The position numbers and the translations under genes were made by a program. A model generated the notes under the pieces. That model had not been told where the DNA came from, did not search any database, and saw nothing but the letters and a program-made list of their open reading frames with translations. From Paragordius varius (lineage: Eukaryota > Animalia > Nematomorpha), in contig OZ176052.1 in assembly GCA_964247055.1 (NCBI GenBank), forward strand, positions 3,720,001 to 3,784,000: a stretch of DNA of 64,000 nt. The letters run 5' to 3'. Positions 35,240 to 48,423 of the stretch are shown here, one piece after another (positions within the stretch are counted from its first letter, which is position 1; every line of letters starts with the position of its first letter).

Positions 35240-38200
35240 CTTTTCATATACAGTATGAATAAGTATACATTGCTAGAAGTTATAAATAATCGCCAAATAG
35301 TAAATAAAACAAAGGGCAGTATATTAGCCAATAATACTGCCCTTTATTGTATTTGCTATTTGGCAATAATTAATAACTTTCTAGCAATGTGTGCTTATTC
35401 ATCCTGTATATTAATCTAAATATTTCTTTTTGCATCATACATATACCATTTAAATTATAAAATAAAAAATCGCATCACAGGGGGGCGCAAAAAATTTGGA
35501 TACTTTAATGAAAAAATAGAACTAGAAACAAATTAAACAGGTGCGATTTATCAAGTTTTTTCACCAATATGAAAAAAATATTTCAATGAATGGAGATATA
35601 AGGATCATTGATTGGGATTTTTATGATATTATAATATATTTTACACTTTTATCTAGGTAGAATTGAATATGAGAGATGCGTGCAAGAATTTTTATTTTCA
35701 ATTTGGTGGGGGCGTGAACATACAAAAGTTGGGAACCACTGATTTAAATTTTATCATATAATAAATTAATTATTTATTATGAAAAAATAATACTTTAGAG
35801 TGTTTTTAGTCAATTTTTATATATATACAATAGAAATTAACAAATAATTAAATAAAAATCAAAAACCTAAATGATGAAACGACATAAGGTTGTGCCAATT
35901 GTATTATGATAGAACCGCTCCCCAATTGATGACACGTATATCCACTATCCCAATCATAATTTTTGAAATCACCATTTATCAGGGCATTACGGGATCGACT
36001 TACACCTTCAATAACGCAAGCCGCGGCATTCAAAGATGCCACGTTCTCGGTTGGACCTTAAATTTAAGTAGTAATATATGTTGATTTCAAATGAGAAAAA
36101 GATAAAACGTAAGATATAAAAAGGCAGGCTAATAACTTTTTAATTTCTAGATAAAGGAAAAATATTTTTAGATCCGTCCGTGGTTGTTTTAAATAACGTC
36201 TTATAAAAATCAGAAATTTAAAAATATTTTAGAGAAAAATTTTTTTTTAATCCTTGATTTTTTGTATATAGCCTATAAACAAAAACAATATATAATTAGG
36301 TGAAAAGTAAAAATCATATTTATCCTTAAAACAATATTTTCAAATTTTTTTATTTTCTATATAACCATAATACAAAACCATTGGAGTAAAATGATAGATT
36401 ATAAAGAAAAAACATAAAACTAATATGAGAGCCATATTCTAATAATAATAAAAAAATGATATATTTTTCATTCAAATTCATTCAATAAGATAAAAAAAGA
36501 AAAACATATTTTTATACTAAAACCGATAATTTATTTTCAAATAACCAAGTTAAAAATAATTGGTTTTTTTATAATCTTAACGTTTGCCCTAGAATTTTAT
36601 GTATTTTACTATTATATAGAATTAACTGTTAAAAATAAAAGAAATTAAAACTTACATACAAGCCCATCCAATAACCTAAATGGTTTACACGTGTACATTG
36701 CTTCAAAATGGATTATATGAAAGACGCGATTAACTGTGTTGTGAGTTCCCACAATCTTAATATATCTAAATAAATAATAATTTCATAAATTTTTAATACA
36801 ATAAAAGGAATTTTATTTTATATGAAGAAATAACAAAAATAATTAAATTTTTTTATATATTCATACCTAACAACTCTCGGGATAAAATATAAATTTTGCC
36901 AAGATCTACATAAATATTTGGAATGATCTACTACGCAAACCCAATCGTTTTGATCCACTGCCGTTTCAATGTAGTAAGAATATGCCCTATAACAATATTT
37001 TTTGGAAAAAAACAATATTATAAAAATATTTAATACCTGATTATCTAACAAATCTATTTCATTATTTAAAAAAGTTCAACAACCTCATGTCCTTATCCCA
37101 AAGTAACAATTTGATATGGTTTATTATGCATTGCATGCCAAGTTTTATAATGATTCCATTAGCACTCGCTGATGTGTTGCTCGAGGTCGGTTGATTTCTT
37201 TATTAAATCCAATAAAATTTATACGTATATACTTTAAATTTTTCAGGGTTTGAATATTATTAATATCAAATACTTGACGGATCCACCGCTTAACGATGTG
37301 CCAGGCATATTGTTGTTACCATAAGCTGTAAAATAAATGTATTTTGTATAAAATTAATATAATATACACCATTTATTCAAATTCACCAAAAATTGGAATT
37401 CACCATTGAACAATTCAAACTCACCCTAAAAATAATTTATGTGTTTACGGGAAAATATAAGTCATCATCAATAAGAAATATATTTTTACGACATATTTTT
37501 TCAGCATTATATTAATTTTGAACAGAATTTCATATTTTAAAAATATTATAAACATATAATTTATTTTAAGGTAAATTTAAATTGTTCGCGGGTGAATATG
37601 GATTGTTCAAGGGTGAATTTGAACTGTAAATGGTATATAATCAAGAAAAAAGTATTTATATATAAATTGCGAATTAAAATTTTTCTGTTTTTATAAGTTG
37701 ATTAAAAGATATATATAAATGTGCCTCATAAAACACTTTTTAACCCTATGTATATTAGTTATGTATTGGCAATGACAAAAAAAGCGATAATTATATCAAC
37801 TTTTTTTAAAACATTTGTGATACGTTAAAGTTAATTAAGTCTAATTATTTGAGTATTAACTTTTTTAATATAAATCTGACATAACCTTTTATTGTCAATC
37901 AACAATTTAACATAGTTAAAAGGGTTTATATTACTCAAAATTTATAAACATTTACTCATATCACTCACTATATAGAACAAAAAAAGGGATTGTAAAAAAG
38001 AAAAAAAAATACCATTAGAATTTGCACTAACTACAAGTTGTTGGTCATCTATGGGATGTCGGGTAAACCCGCGATCTAAATCATAATTAACTGTATCGCC
38101 ATCTAAGAGAGCAGATCGCTTCTCCCCAAGTATAACATGGGCGCCGTGTCTAAATGTGGCGACATTTTCTTCAACCGCTAAAAATCAGATAAAAATAAAA

Positions 38201-41200
38201 TTATATTTTGTGCAAATATTAAAAAATGATTACAAATAATTTTCTTAAAAATGCAATAAGTAAGTATAAAGTCTGCATATTCAGATAATTATAAAGCAAA
38301 ATATATAATTTATAGTAGTTTTTTAACATATAAAATTCTTTGAGTAACCAACCTATGTTTTGGGATGTGTTTTATATAATATTGATTTAGATAGCTTTCC
38401 TAGTTCGATCAACTATACAATTAACTAAGATTGAGATTTTTTTAAATTATAGTTTTATTATGCGAAAAACTAATTTAAATTCAATAATTTTATGCTATTA
38501 AAATGGTTTTATGTATGTGCTTTCTTGATTCGAAAAACTTATTGTTGGTAAATATGAGATATATTACTCTTTCAATAAATATTGTTTTCTTTATTCAAAA
38601 AAACAATTAAATTTAGAGTCAGCACAAACATGGGATTAATTTTGAGAATATTTTGGTTATTATATAAATGATGATTTATAATACGATTTATATCATGGTA
38701 AATGTGTCGTACATAAAAATCCTCTGTAATTCAAATCACTGTTTCGTTTTTCCAATTTTTCCCTTATAGAATCGAGTAAATGTTCGGCAGGGATTAAGCC
38801 TGTAGGCCGTACCGTATCCATTATCTCTTGCAATGAAAGCAGGGGATATCTAAATATTGGAATTATGATTAATAAAAGGATTTAGTTGAAATTACTATAC
38901 AACTATGTTTTTTAACCCATTCATTAGGTCGGAAATAAAACCTTTCTTACATTAATTTAAAAATTAAAAACTAGGCCAAGTGTTATGAAAAATGAATCTT
39001 AAAATTCGAAATCGCGAATATATATTGGTACTAAACTCAAATTATGGATCATTTATGAATAAAAATGGTGCTGAAACTATGCTTGATCACAACAATCCAA
39101 AAATTTACACAAATATATCTTCAATCATAATTTATATTCTATGTTTTTGAATCTAACATAAATGCCCAAACAAAATAGTAAGTAACCTAACAGCTGCCAG
39201 TATTTCGGTTGGATCAGTGTCAGGATTGGCTTGAGACCAATGATAAACGGCTGAAAAAATTTGACCTTCTAGAGCGCAAAATGAATCCCTTCGTATCATA
39301 TCATACATCGCTGACTGCATATATAATATGTATGTATCAAACATTTGGAAAAAAAGAGATTTTGTCCAAAGATCAATATTAAAACTAAATTATAGGATAT
39401 ATGCTGATTGCTAAAATATAGCTAACTAATTGCATGCCAGATAGCATTTACAGTAGAGAGCAAAAATATTGGATGCAATTAAGATAAAACGGAGAAAACA
39501 TTTTTTCTGTCATACTAATTTAGGCTAATAAAATTACTTTTTGTAAATGTTATTTGGCAATATTAAAAATTAACAATGTATTTACTCATATTGTTTTTTT
39601 TAGTTTTTTAGTTAACCCTTTTTACGCAGCATTTGTACTAAGACAATGAAATTTGGATGTTTAGAATTACCGTATCCTTTATGCAAGAAAACATTAATTA
39701 TTCGTTTTACCCAATGAACGTTTACTTTAATGATTTACATGCATGTAAAAAATAATTAATATGATTGATCCTATTTTAGGGTGTAAAATCTTGACTCTTA
39801 TCCTATTCTCATACATATAACCAGAATTTGACTGACCGATTATAATGATTAATCGAATTATTTTAAACATGCATATGACGTAGTAATACATTTAGAAGAA
39901 ATTTTATGAAATAAAAAGTTTAAATATTATAACGTCTTATCAATTTTTTATTGATTATGTGATGTGTCGATTGTTATAAACATCATAAAAGCAATTTAAT
40001 TGGTTAGTTTTAATTTAGGTGCGATATATATAGCATATTGTGGCATTAATTAATGATAATAATAAACAGTTATATATTTAATACCAATCAAACCCAACTA
40101 TATATATAAAATCAAACTAACTCGTTTTGAAAAGTAATTACTTACCGCTGATAAGGACAAATAAATTTTATTCTCCAATATTTCAGTTGAATGACGGTCC
40201 ATGAATTGAAAACACGTTTCCCGTAAACCATGCAGGCGATACAAATTAGCCATGTCGAAAATCATGCACACATTTTTAACCGTGAGAATGGCCTTTAAAT
40301 AATCACTAATGGCACTTTCTAGATGCGTGAAACCGTATTGATTTGCTAACCCAATAATCTCTAATAGTGTTTCCTCCTGTTTTAATATATATAACGAAAA
40401 TATAAATAAGGTAAATTTATATACATATATATGTTTGATGATTTCATGAGAGTGTGAAAGGAAAAAGGAAACTAGAGAATAGAGAGGGACATGGTTACAA
40501 AAGTAAAATTAAACAATATTTTTATAATAATCACTTAATTTTTAACCTACACTTTAATATCTGTCATTCAGCAAGTTAATTATTCTTAATGTTGTAGATA
40601 ATAATAAAATTTGGATTAATACAAAATAAATATAAGTTTTTTCGTAAAACACCTAGACAAAATACAAATAACTTTGACAAAATCAAATTTCAAATATAAA
40701 ATACGAAAACAAATTAGAAGCGTTATAAATGATTATTGATAATAAAATCGAAATGATCGATGACAGTAACTCCAAAACAAAATTTATATAATAGAGATTA
40801 TAAAGGACAGGCCGAAAAAGTATATTACCTGAGGGTTAATTTCAGTTAAAAAGTAAGCAAATTATATATACTTTATGATTCGTAAGATTCATTTTTCCAG
40901 TGTAAATATATTTGAGTAATATTTTAAATGCATTGCCAGGCGCGTCTTTAAGCTCAATTTCGTTACAACCAGGGAGAGATTCTTTCATACCACCGTATAG
41001 TAATGCCCTATATTAGAAAATTATGTTTTAGCAATTATTCAACTCCTCATAATGTACAAAAATTTAAGACACGCTCCTTTCAAATGCTCTTACATATAAA
41101 TAATAAAAAAATATGGATTCGAAGAGCAACAAATCTATATTTGATGCTTTTTTAATTAATAAAATAATTAAAAAATTATACCTAAAATATTCGCTTCTGG

Positions 41201-41369
41201 AGGCCAAAATAAATTTATGAGCTGGGAAACGGTTGCCTTCAACCATAAATATAACATCGGCATATTCCTCATTCAAAAATAGCGATCCAATATGTTCAGA
41301 TAATAAATCATAATGATTTATTTCTCCAACAAAGGTTTTAAATAAATTTAAATGATGATTATCTGACAT
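26667..41369 (-). CDS. BTBD9: BTB/POZ domain-containing protein 9 (BTB-BACK-2x F5/8C) with very long low-complexity C-terminal extension, 21 exons, ~2,070 aa
   Basis: Core exons: 41369-41182, 41007-40872, 40376-40146, 39314-39187, 38849-38713, 38177-38013, 37325-37274, 37197-37084, 36986-36867, 36765-36656, 36056-35867, 34438-34252. They give FPAHKFILASRSEYFRALLYGGMKES, RRDSFCALE, LLWDKDMRAYSYY, EGVSRSRNALINGD, YDWDSGYTCHQLGSG, LLWDCDDRAYKY. Tail exons: 34016-33557 (begins VFHCVHFECP), 33304-33010, 32757-32357, 32273-31855, 31279-30571, 30363-30180, 29748-29342, 28497-27835, 27589-26667; all phases compatible. The core call is firm; continuity of the tail is inferred. Confidence 0.9.
34165..34207. 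repeat. (TA)n microsatellite
   Basis: Pure TA run in BTBD9 intron 12. Confidence 0.95.
34845..35012. repeat. ~165-bp imperfect palindrome (small MITE) in BTBD9 intron 11
   Basis: AATGGTTGC...CACCCTATAGTAGTGCAATTCGCAACACA is mirrored by TGTGTTGCAAATTGCCCTATTATAGTGTG...GCCACCATT. Confidence 0.55.
35208..35237. repeat. (TA)n microsatellite
   Basis: Pure TA run in BTBD9 intron 11. Confidence 0.95.
35470..35741. mobile_element. Truncated Buster/Charlie-like hAT end in BTBD9 intron 11
   Basis: Right end GGGGGCGTG...AAAGTTGGGAACCACTG; no matching left end found. Confidence 0.5.
37367..37635. mobile_element. MITE family M1 copy in BTBD9 intron 6
   Basis: CACCATTTA...GTAAATGGTA flanked by TA; same subterminal units. 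Confidence 0.8.
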
Positions 41370-41771
41370 TTTTTAGAATATTTGTGGTCAAAATATGTGA
41401 ACTTTAAATCGAACAACCAATTGCAAACAACTGATTAAATTTAACCACAGAATAACTTGACCATAATAAAGCTTACGATGTATCAGAATAATGATTTGCA
41501 AATGTTTTAAGATGCAACATATATTATATAAAACTTATTTTTTTTCAATCAGATTGACTAATAATGTACACTGCATCCCAAATATGGGGTTACAAGAATA
41601 CTGAAATATATATAAGTTTTAATAAGAAAATGTATCAGGCTTATGATTATCTGGAACTTTTTGTTCTAAACCTTACGAATGATTTAACACCTCAATTAGA
41701 TAATTTTTTTTATTCCAAGGCTATTTAAAATTTGTATAGTTGTAAGTATTTAAAAATTTGGCCGATTTTAA

Positions 41772-42956
41772 CACTTCATTACCTTTTCATTGTTTTGTCC
41801 TAGTTTACATTTGGAATATTTTTATATCCCATAAGTTCATAAATACAGTTTTAATCAATATTTAAGTAAAAATTTAATTATCAAACATTGTCCCCATGTA
41901 TTAGGTAAAAAAACTGATTTTACAATTTATTATAGAGCCTAAAATTGGGACAGCTCCAAAACACGTTTGAATTGGACAGCTAATATTAAAATAAATTATA
42001 TCAAATTTTTGGTTGTAAAAACTAGCCTAAAGCTTTATAAGAATAATGCCTATTGAATTAGCGATTCAAAAACATTAAAAAAATGATGGCAAAAATGTGA
42101 CATGATGATGTTGTTACAACTTTATATTTTTTATAAATTTTTGTACAATGTGCCTAAATGATAAAAAACCCATATTTTTAGATTCGGCTTAATACCTTAA
42201 ATATTTTTTAAGAAATGATTTTCTAACGGCTCTGGGATAAACTACCCAAAAAGATAATTGATTGTTTAAAATATGATTTCTTTAGCCTCTTAGGCGCATA
42301 TTACAAATTTTTTAAAAAAGTGGTAAAAAGATCATCATTTCACACTTTTTCGCCACCATTTTTTTCTTTAAAAATTAAGTCGTTAATCTAAATCAAATAA
42401 TATAATATCGTTAGAAAATGTAAATAATTAACTTATCTACTAGGTTGCATTTTACCAGTAAAAATTTGTTTATTGATTTTAAACTGAGCTGTTTAGTTAA
42501 ATCATTTTGTGGCAAAATTATTCTTTAAAACAGGGGTGGACCGCATTTTTTACTTAGAAAATTTGGCGGGCCGCATTTAGAGATGGTGATTCATAAATAA
42601 CTTATTTATTTAAAAAGTAAAAAATATCAAACACAATCTAACATTCTTTACTAATTTTGCCAATTAAGTGGACCTAATAGAAAAATTATTTAAGAAATAT
42701 CAGTTTTACCAAGCTTTCTCAACCTTATAATTATTATTACGGATTAAATATTTCACGGGCCGGGGGCCGCATGTTGAATACCCCTGCTCAATTACAAAAC
42801 TGTAAAAAATGTTTTTTATCTAATAAGGGAGAACAATGTTTGATAATTTTAATTTAATATAACTTTTTAAATAGTACATTATTTACAAGATTGAACTTTG
42901 TAACACAAAATACCCCTAATGTCATCGCGGACAAAAAAGTGAAAAGGTCATAAAGT
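41772..42956. mobile_element. Long-TIR foldback family FC (TTAA|CACTTCAT end); single arms at ~14030-14465, ~20520-21075, ~51665-51830
   Basis: The left arm (TTATCAAACATTGTCCCC, GGGACAGCTCCAAAA) is the reverse complement of the right arm and of the 14030-14465 arm (TTTTGGAGCTGTCCC, GAGAACAATGTTTGATAA, CATGAAGTG). Confidence 0.68.
42531..42786. mobile_element. hAT (Buster/Charlie-like) MITE nested in the FC element
   Basis: CAGGGGT...ACCCCTG termini and subterminal GGGCCGC motifs. It interrupts sequence that is contiguous in the 14030-14465 copy. Confidence 0.7.
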
Positions 42957-43004
42957 AATACTAATTCTCACCTCAATCCTCTTTATGTGCAACATGAAAT
43001 TATT

Positions 43005-43930
43005 ATACATTGTCCAAACCTGATAAAATATTATATTCTGATAGGAAAATATATCGGTGCTTTTTATTTTGGCCCTTACTAGTGATATAAAATTGTACAC
43101 TTTTGTTTTAACTGCTCCATATCATAAAATGACTGGCGCACATTTTTTAAATAAAATTTTTTTGGTGTAAGCTAAGTGCTTTATTCCAAAAACTATCACT
43201 AAAATATATTATATCTACATATACAAAGAAACATTATTTTTAAATTAATTTCAGGGTATGGGCTCCAAAAGTCCCAAATTTTTTCGCTCTTCTAAAATGG
43301 GCTAGTTTTTTATAACTCATATATTGCGTTATGAAAATTTTGAATATATGCTAAATTTTGATATCAAATAAATTTTTTTTACAAAAATGCATACTTTTCA
43401 CAAAAATTTAATTTTTTGAGGGCAGGTGGAAACGATATAAAAACCCTTTAAGAATAAAACTTCGTTTCATATAATTCGAACATGCTGAATTATTACCTCA
43501 GAATTTAAATAATGCTTTCGTCTTCAATATGTTAAGTATCGGGTTTTTTCTAAAATTCACCGACAATTTGCAGCAAACGCACCCCTGAATATAAATTCAG
43601 AGATCGAAATGTTCAGCATCATCGAATTGTATGGAATGGGTTTATATATCTTTAACCGTTTTTATACCGTTTCCATCATGCCTCAAACTAGTTAAAAGTA
43701 TGCTTCCACAGAGGAAAATTATATTTTTGAAAAAGTATGCATTTTTTTAAGAGTATCGATATTAAAATGTAGCATATATTTTAATATCAAGCAATCTCGG
43801 CATTTTTATGCTTATTTTAAGACTAACCCATTTTAGACAAGAAAAAAATCTACCCATATCTAGAGGTTACCACAAAATATGTTTATAACTTTCTTATATC
43901 AGTCAGGACCAAAACCAAAAGCATTATGAT
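43005..43930. mobile_element. Long-TIR foldback family FA copy
   Basis: Same arm blocks as 24330-25405, in both orientations around ~43540. A single right arm also lies at ~51420-51665. Confidence 0.72.
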
Positions 43931-43947
43931 ATGAAAGATTTTACTTA

Positions 43948-43949
<2 letters not shown>

Positions 43950-43995
<46 letters not shown>
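43950..43995. repeat. (TA)n microsatellite
   Basis: Pure TA run. Confidence 0.95.
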
Positions 43996-44000
<5 letters not shown>

Positions 44001-45699
44001 CAGCCCCGACTTGGGACATAGTGTTTTGTACGTTAGTAAAACCAATTCTTCCATTTGGTTGCCTTATGTTGGTAGACACTAAAATGCGCACTGTATATAT
44101 CAGGATATTTTCTGTGTGTACTGGGTTAGGATGGATATGATACACAAAAGTATACAAAACAAAGTGTCAAATGATTGTTTAATGGATAATCCAACATAAA
44201 AAATTAAAATATAAATAAATTTGTACCACAGAATCAGGCCAAAATTCATAAAAATCAGACTCTGAATCGTATTATAAGGGGTTTCGGCGTAATATTTTTT
44301 TAAGTTAAAATCTAAAATCCAAATTCCTGCACTGTTTATTTTTGAAAATCATAACCAAAATACTTTCTTACTGCCTATAATTTGTAATTAAAATTAAACA
44401 ATATCGGGAATAATTTTTAATTGGTCCTAAGAATCTATATCAATTTCTAATTATTATTAAAAAAAGCGTCACATGTGCCATTTAATAATTGGCTTTAGGG
44501 CCTGGAAAAATGTGGAAGCCTATGTATATTTATTTATTTTAATGATAAAAGCGTCGATATCCCACTTATATGGCTCATGTTTTTAGCCCTTATCCATGAA
44601 AAATAGGTTTTTAAAAAATATAAGTTATGCCTTTGCCGATGTTTTTCGAAAACAGTTAACCCCGTACAAATCAATATTGTATATATTTTAGAAATTGAAT
44701 GCGCTGGGAAGTTACTGTTTTATATATACCCTTTGTTCGGCTGCATCACTGTAAAAATTTCGCAAAATATAATTTTCAAAATTGTTTTTTAGGCAATTAG
44801 GGCAGCCCCATCCTTTTACGGAAAAAGTTAATGCTTTTGATATCACCATTTAGAAAAATCGAACCCCAACACTTAGTCTTTAAAGAATTTTCAAAAAGCC
44901 TGTAGTCTGCATCATAAATTTTCAATTGTTCATGAACTCTACCATAAAAGTTAAGCCACATTTTTAAATTATACCTGTTAGCAGCCCTACTGTAAGAGTA
45001 CGTCTTATTTTACCATGTTATGGCTTTTTAATTTCGAATGAAAAAAACATAAAGGAGTAGATGATATATTATTGTAATTTGGACTATGAATATTATTTGC
45101 AACAGTTATTTACAGTTTAGAAAAGGATTTTAATATCTCTAAATCGTTTCGCTTAATACCACGCGGGACATGGCACAGATAATTTTTAAAATAATTTTTA
45201 AGTATATTGAATTTTTGATCAAAATTGTTTTGCTTAAACGCTTAAATCGTTTTAATTGAAAATAACTTATGGAATCGTTGACCCAACTTTTATAAAGTAT
45301 CATTTATCACCAACTAATTTAGAAGTGGTTATGATTTCCAAAATAATTCAATATACGCTTCTTTAGATTTCGAATTAACTCATTTTTCATTTTATGACAG
45401 TTAGCAAAATGTTCGAATAGTTACTATTGACGTAATGAAGTGCCTATGAAAAATATAAAAAAAAATAAATATTGGTATTTTTATTGCATCTGTATTACAT
45501 ACTCTAAAATGTAATGTAATGTGCCCTCTATCTTTTGCTTTTTCGGAATTTTGTACAAATCATATACATAATTAATTTTAATAAATATATATAATTGATA
45601 AATCCCATTATTATTACATAATATTACAAATAAAATAATTGCATCTTACAAATATCATTATTTTCATATCTTATTTCAAATAAAATCATTGTAATGCTT

Positions 45700-46262
45700 T
45701 CATTTTAACGTTTCAGCTTGGATATTTGAATTTTCCGGATTATTTTGTATTATATTTTCCCAACCAGCTGGATTTTGAGACTTTATATCAGTTACTTGAT
45801 GTTGAAATGGTATTTCCATAGACGCAAAATTTTTGGTAGGACCGGTTGGAGGTTGAGAAGGCATCATGTTTTGTTGGGATGCAGGCATACGATTTGGAAT
45901 CGGTATGGGTGCTATCATACAAATTAAATATAGTCGATCTATTTTACACATTTTTTTCAATAACTGACCCTAATTTTATGTTATTTGTAAGGATTTTGCA
46001 ACTTTTTAATAAAACTTTTCTAGGTGGTCCTGTGATATAAAAAATAAATTACGAAAATAATAAAGAAAGTTTAAAAACCAGTCATTGGAATAGGACTTTG
46101 TGGAACTGCAGTGTCCAAATGCCCTTCATGAGAGAGTGAATCATCCTGAGAATGTGGTTCTGGACTTTGAGGCGGGCTTGCCTGTGCCTGGGCTGGAGGG
46201 GGTGGTCGAGGCGGGGGTGTCCGTTCTTTTTTCTTTTTAAAGCAGGATAAGCAACCTCCCAT
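45700..46262 (-). CDS. Small proline-rich protein with N-terminal acylation signal (no family recognised), 2 exons, 131 aa
   Basis: Exon 46262-46079 (MGGCLSCFKKKKERTPPPRPPPP...) and exon 45911-45700 join in phase 1 across a GT-AG intron. GC and codon content are exon-like against the AT-rich background. Confidence 0.75.
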
Positions 46263-46456
46263 TATTATGTTATAGTTGATTACAAAATTATTTCTGTTTA
46301 ATTTCCAATAACAACAATATTATTATGACTGATTTGCAAATTTAGAAATTGAGATAATAATTGACTAAATGTAATTTGTAACAATTTTTACAACAATCAA
46401 AAACAAATCAGTTAATTAACTCAGCAAATTTATTATTGGATCCATTTAAATTTGTT
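46263..46456. promoter_or_regulatory. Putative bidirectional promoter of the two small unrecognised genes
   Basis: 194 bp between divergent predicted ATGs; ATTGG at ~46435. Confidence 0.4.
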
Positions 46457-48247
46457 ATGCAACGTAGGAAAGAAAAACATCCGCATTGGGGAAAAACCCC
46501 TGTATTGAGGTATATACAGTCCAAAAATAATTATTTTATAGAGAAATAATAGAAAATAGCCCATTTTATGATATGCTTCTTAAATAATAATGCCTACCAA
46601 TTTTAGTGACCAGTCTTTAGTTCAGCGTCCTGACCATGAAATTTTTGGCTATAAAAAATGGCCGTTAAAATCACATATTTTGTAATATAATATTTACAAT
46701 TCAAATTCACCCTTGAACAATTCATATTCATCCTCAAATAAATTATATGTTTTTTAAAATTAATTACCAATATTTTTATATATTCATAAATAATATTTGG
46801 TTTTAATTAAAATACCGACTGAAAAGATAATAAACTCTGCCATAAATATAGATTTCATATCAATAATCAGTTATATTAGTTCGACACATAATTTATTCGG
46901 GTGAATTTGAATTGTTCAAGGGTGAATTTGAATTGTTCGAGGGTGAATTTAATGGTATATTATCAATGTATATTACACTGGCTTTTCACCAACATTTTTG
47001 AGATGGGAGGTTTGATCAAGATTTTTATTTAACATATTGATAATGATGACTTACCTCTAAATATTTTGCAACGATTATATGTATGTTTTTTAGGATATTT
47101 TTATATCCTTTTACGTTTAATTTTAAATGAACGTCTCCAACATAGGTTACCCCACAAAAATATTATTTTATAATAAAAATATTTAATTCACAATAAAGAA
47201 AAACCCTTACTTATGGGTTCATGACCATGTTCAACCGGCTTTTTATATATATCAACTAATAAAAATAATTAAAAGGCTTAAAAATTAATAAGACAATTTT
47301 TTAAATTATAGGAGCTACAGTGTATCAATATTTACTAAACCAGTACCACAATACTGTTTACCAAAAACTTTGCGTAATTTTGAAAGGCTTAAACCCGAAA
47401 TCGAAAAAACATTGCTTGAATTGGATTCATGCTCAACTGAAGACTTAGTAGTAAAACAAGATTCAGATAAATATGCCAAACAATGTAACATAAGAAAATT
47501 AAAACTAAATCGAGAAAGTGACACTATTTCCATACAAGACAACAACACATTACCAGGGACATCAGATGGACCGGAAAATCGAAGTAATATATTAGATATA
47601 TATATTTAAAATGCACAAGTTGTCGATATCTGCAATGTTTTCTATTCTGCTATAAACATAATTTAAAATTTTATTTTTTGAAACGAATCTAAAATACTGA
47701 AACTTTTTCATATTTATGCAAAATTAATTTGCTCTAATGATTAGTATTTTTTCGAAAAGGTAAATGCTTTTAACTAAATTACATAATTCATACACGTTAA
47801 ATACGACTTTATTGATTGCTTTCTTGATTTAGATTTTGAAAACAAATTAAGACATTTTAATTATTAACCATTTGGTTTTTTTTCAAAAATACCAGACATT
47901 TTATTAAAATATATTTCTCTATTATTATTCAATGTGTCTGCAAAAATATAGGGAATAAATAGATTTGCCTGACTTTGAAAAAAATTAAATTGCTTTTATT
48001 ATTTGATATAAAGGTTATATGTATGAATTAATTAATTGTATTTATTTTTATAATAGATGGCCTTAAAGGTAGATTAAAAACAGAACAATCTAAAGATAGT
48101 GATAAAAAATCAAAATGGTGGAAAAATTTGAAAAGAAATCGTGATTCCAAGACAAAAGTTACACAAGAACCACAAGAAGCTGAGATATCCAATAATGATG
48201 CCTATGAATCGCGGAGAAAATTACGAAAAAGTCATTGCGGAATTTAA
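46457..48247 (+). CDS. Small basic/hydrophilic protein (no family recognised), 3 exons, ~171 aa
   Basis: Exons 46457-46509 (MQRRKEKHPHWGKTPVL, AG|GTATAT donor), 47312-47583 and 48057-48247 (ends RRKLRKSHCGI*) join with matching phases 2 and 1. The first exon is the least certain. Confidence 0.6.
46690..46957. mobile_element. MITE family M1 copy in intron 1 of the 46457-48247 gene
   Basis: TTCACCCTTGAACAATTC on the left; GAATTGTTCAAGGGTGAA twice on the right, ending AATGGTA. Confidence 0.75.
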
Positions 48248-48423
48248 GGCTACGACGCTATAAATTTTTATGTTTAACAAGTTTTTTAGAAATAATGGTT
48301 AAACTAAAACTTTCATTTATGTATATTGTAATAAATATTTGCCTTAAATACTAAAATGAGTCTACATGCAAAATATTTGATAAAAAACTGCGCAAATTTG
48401 TAGAAACATAAATATATATAATC

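Noticed and set aside
43945-44157. 70-aa ORF next to a (TA)n run
   Set aside because: The C-terminus is translated microsatellite (IYIYIY) and no frame gives a recognisable motif.
48233-48247. C-terminal SHCGI as a CaaX prenylation box
   Set aside because: The Cys is at -3, not -4, so it is not canonical CaaX.
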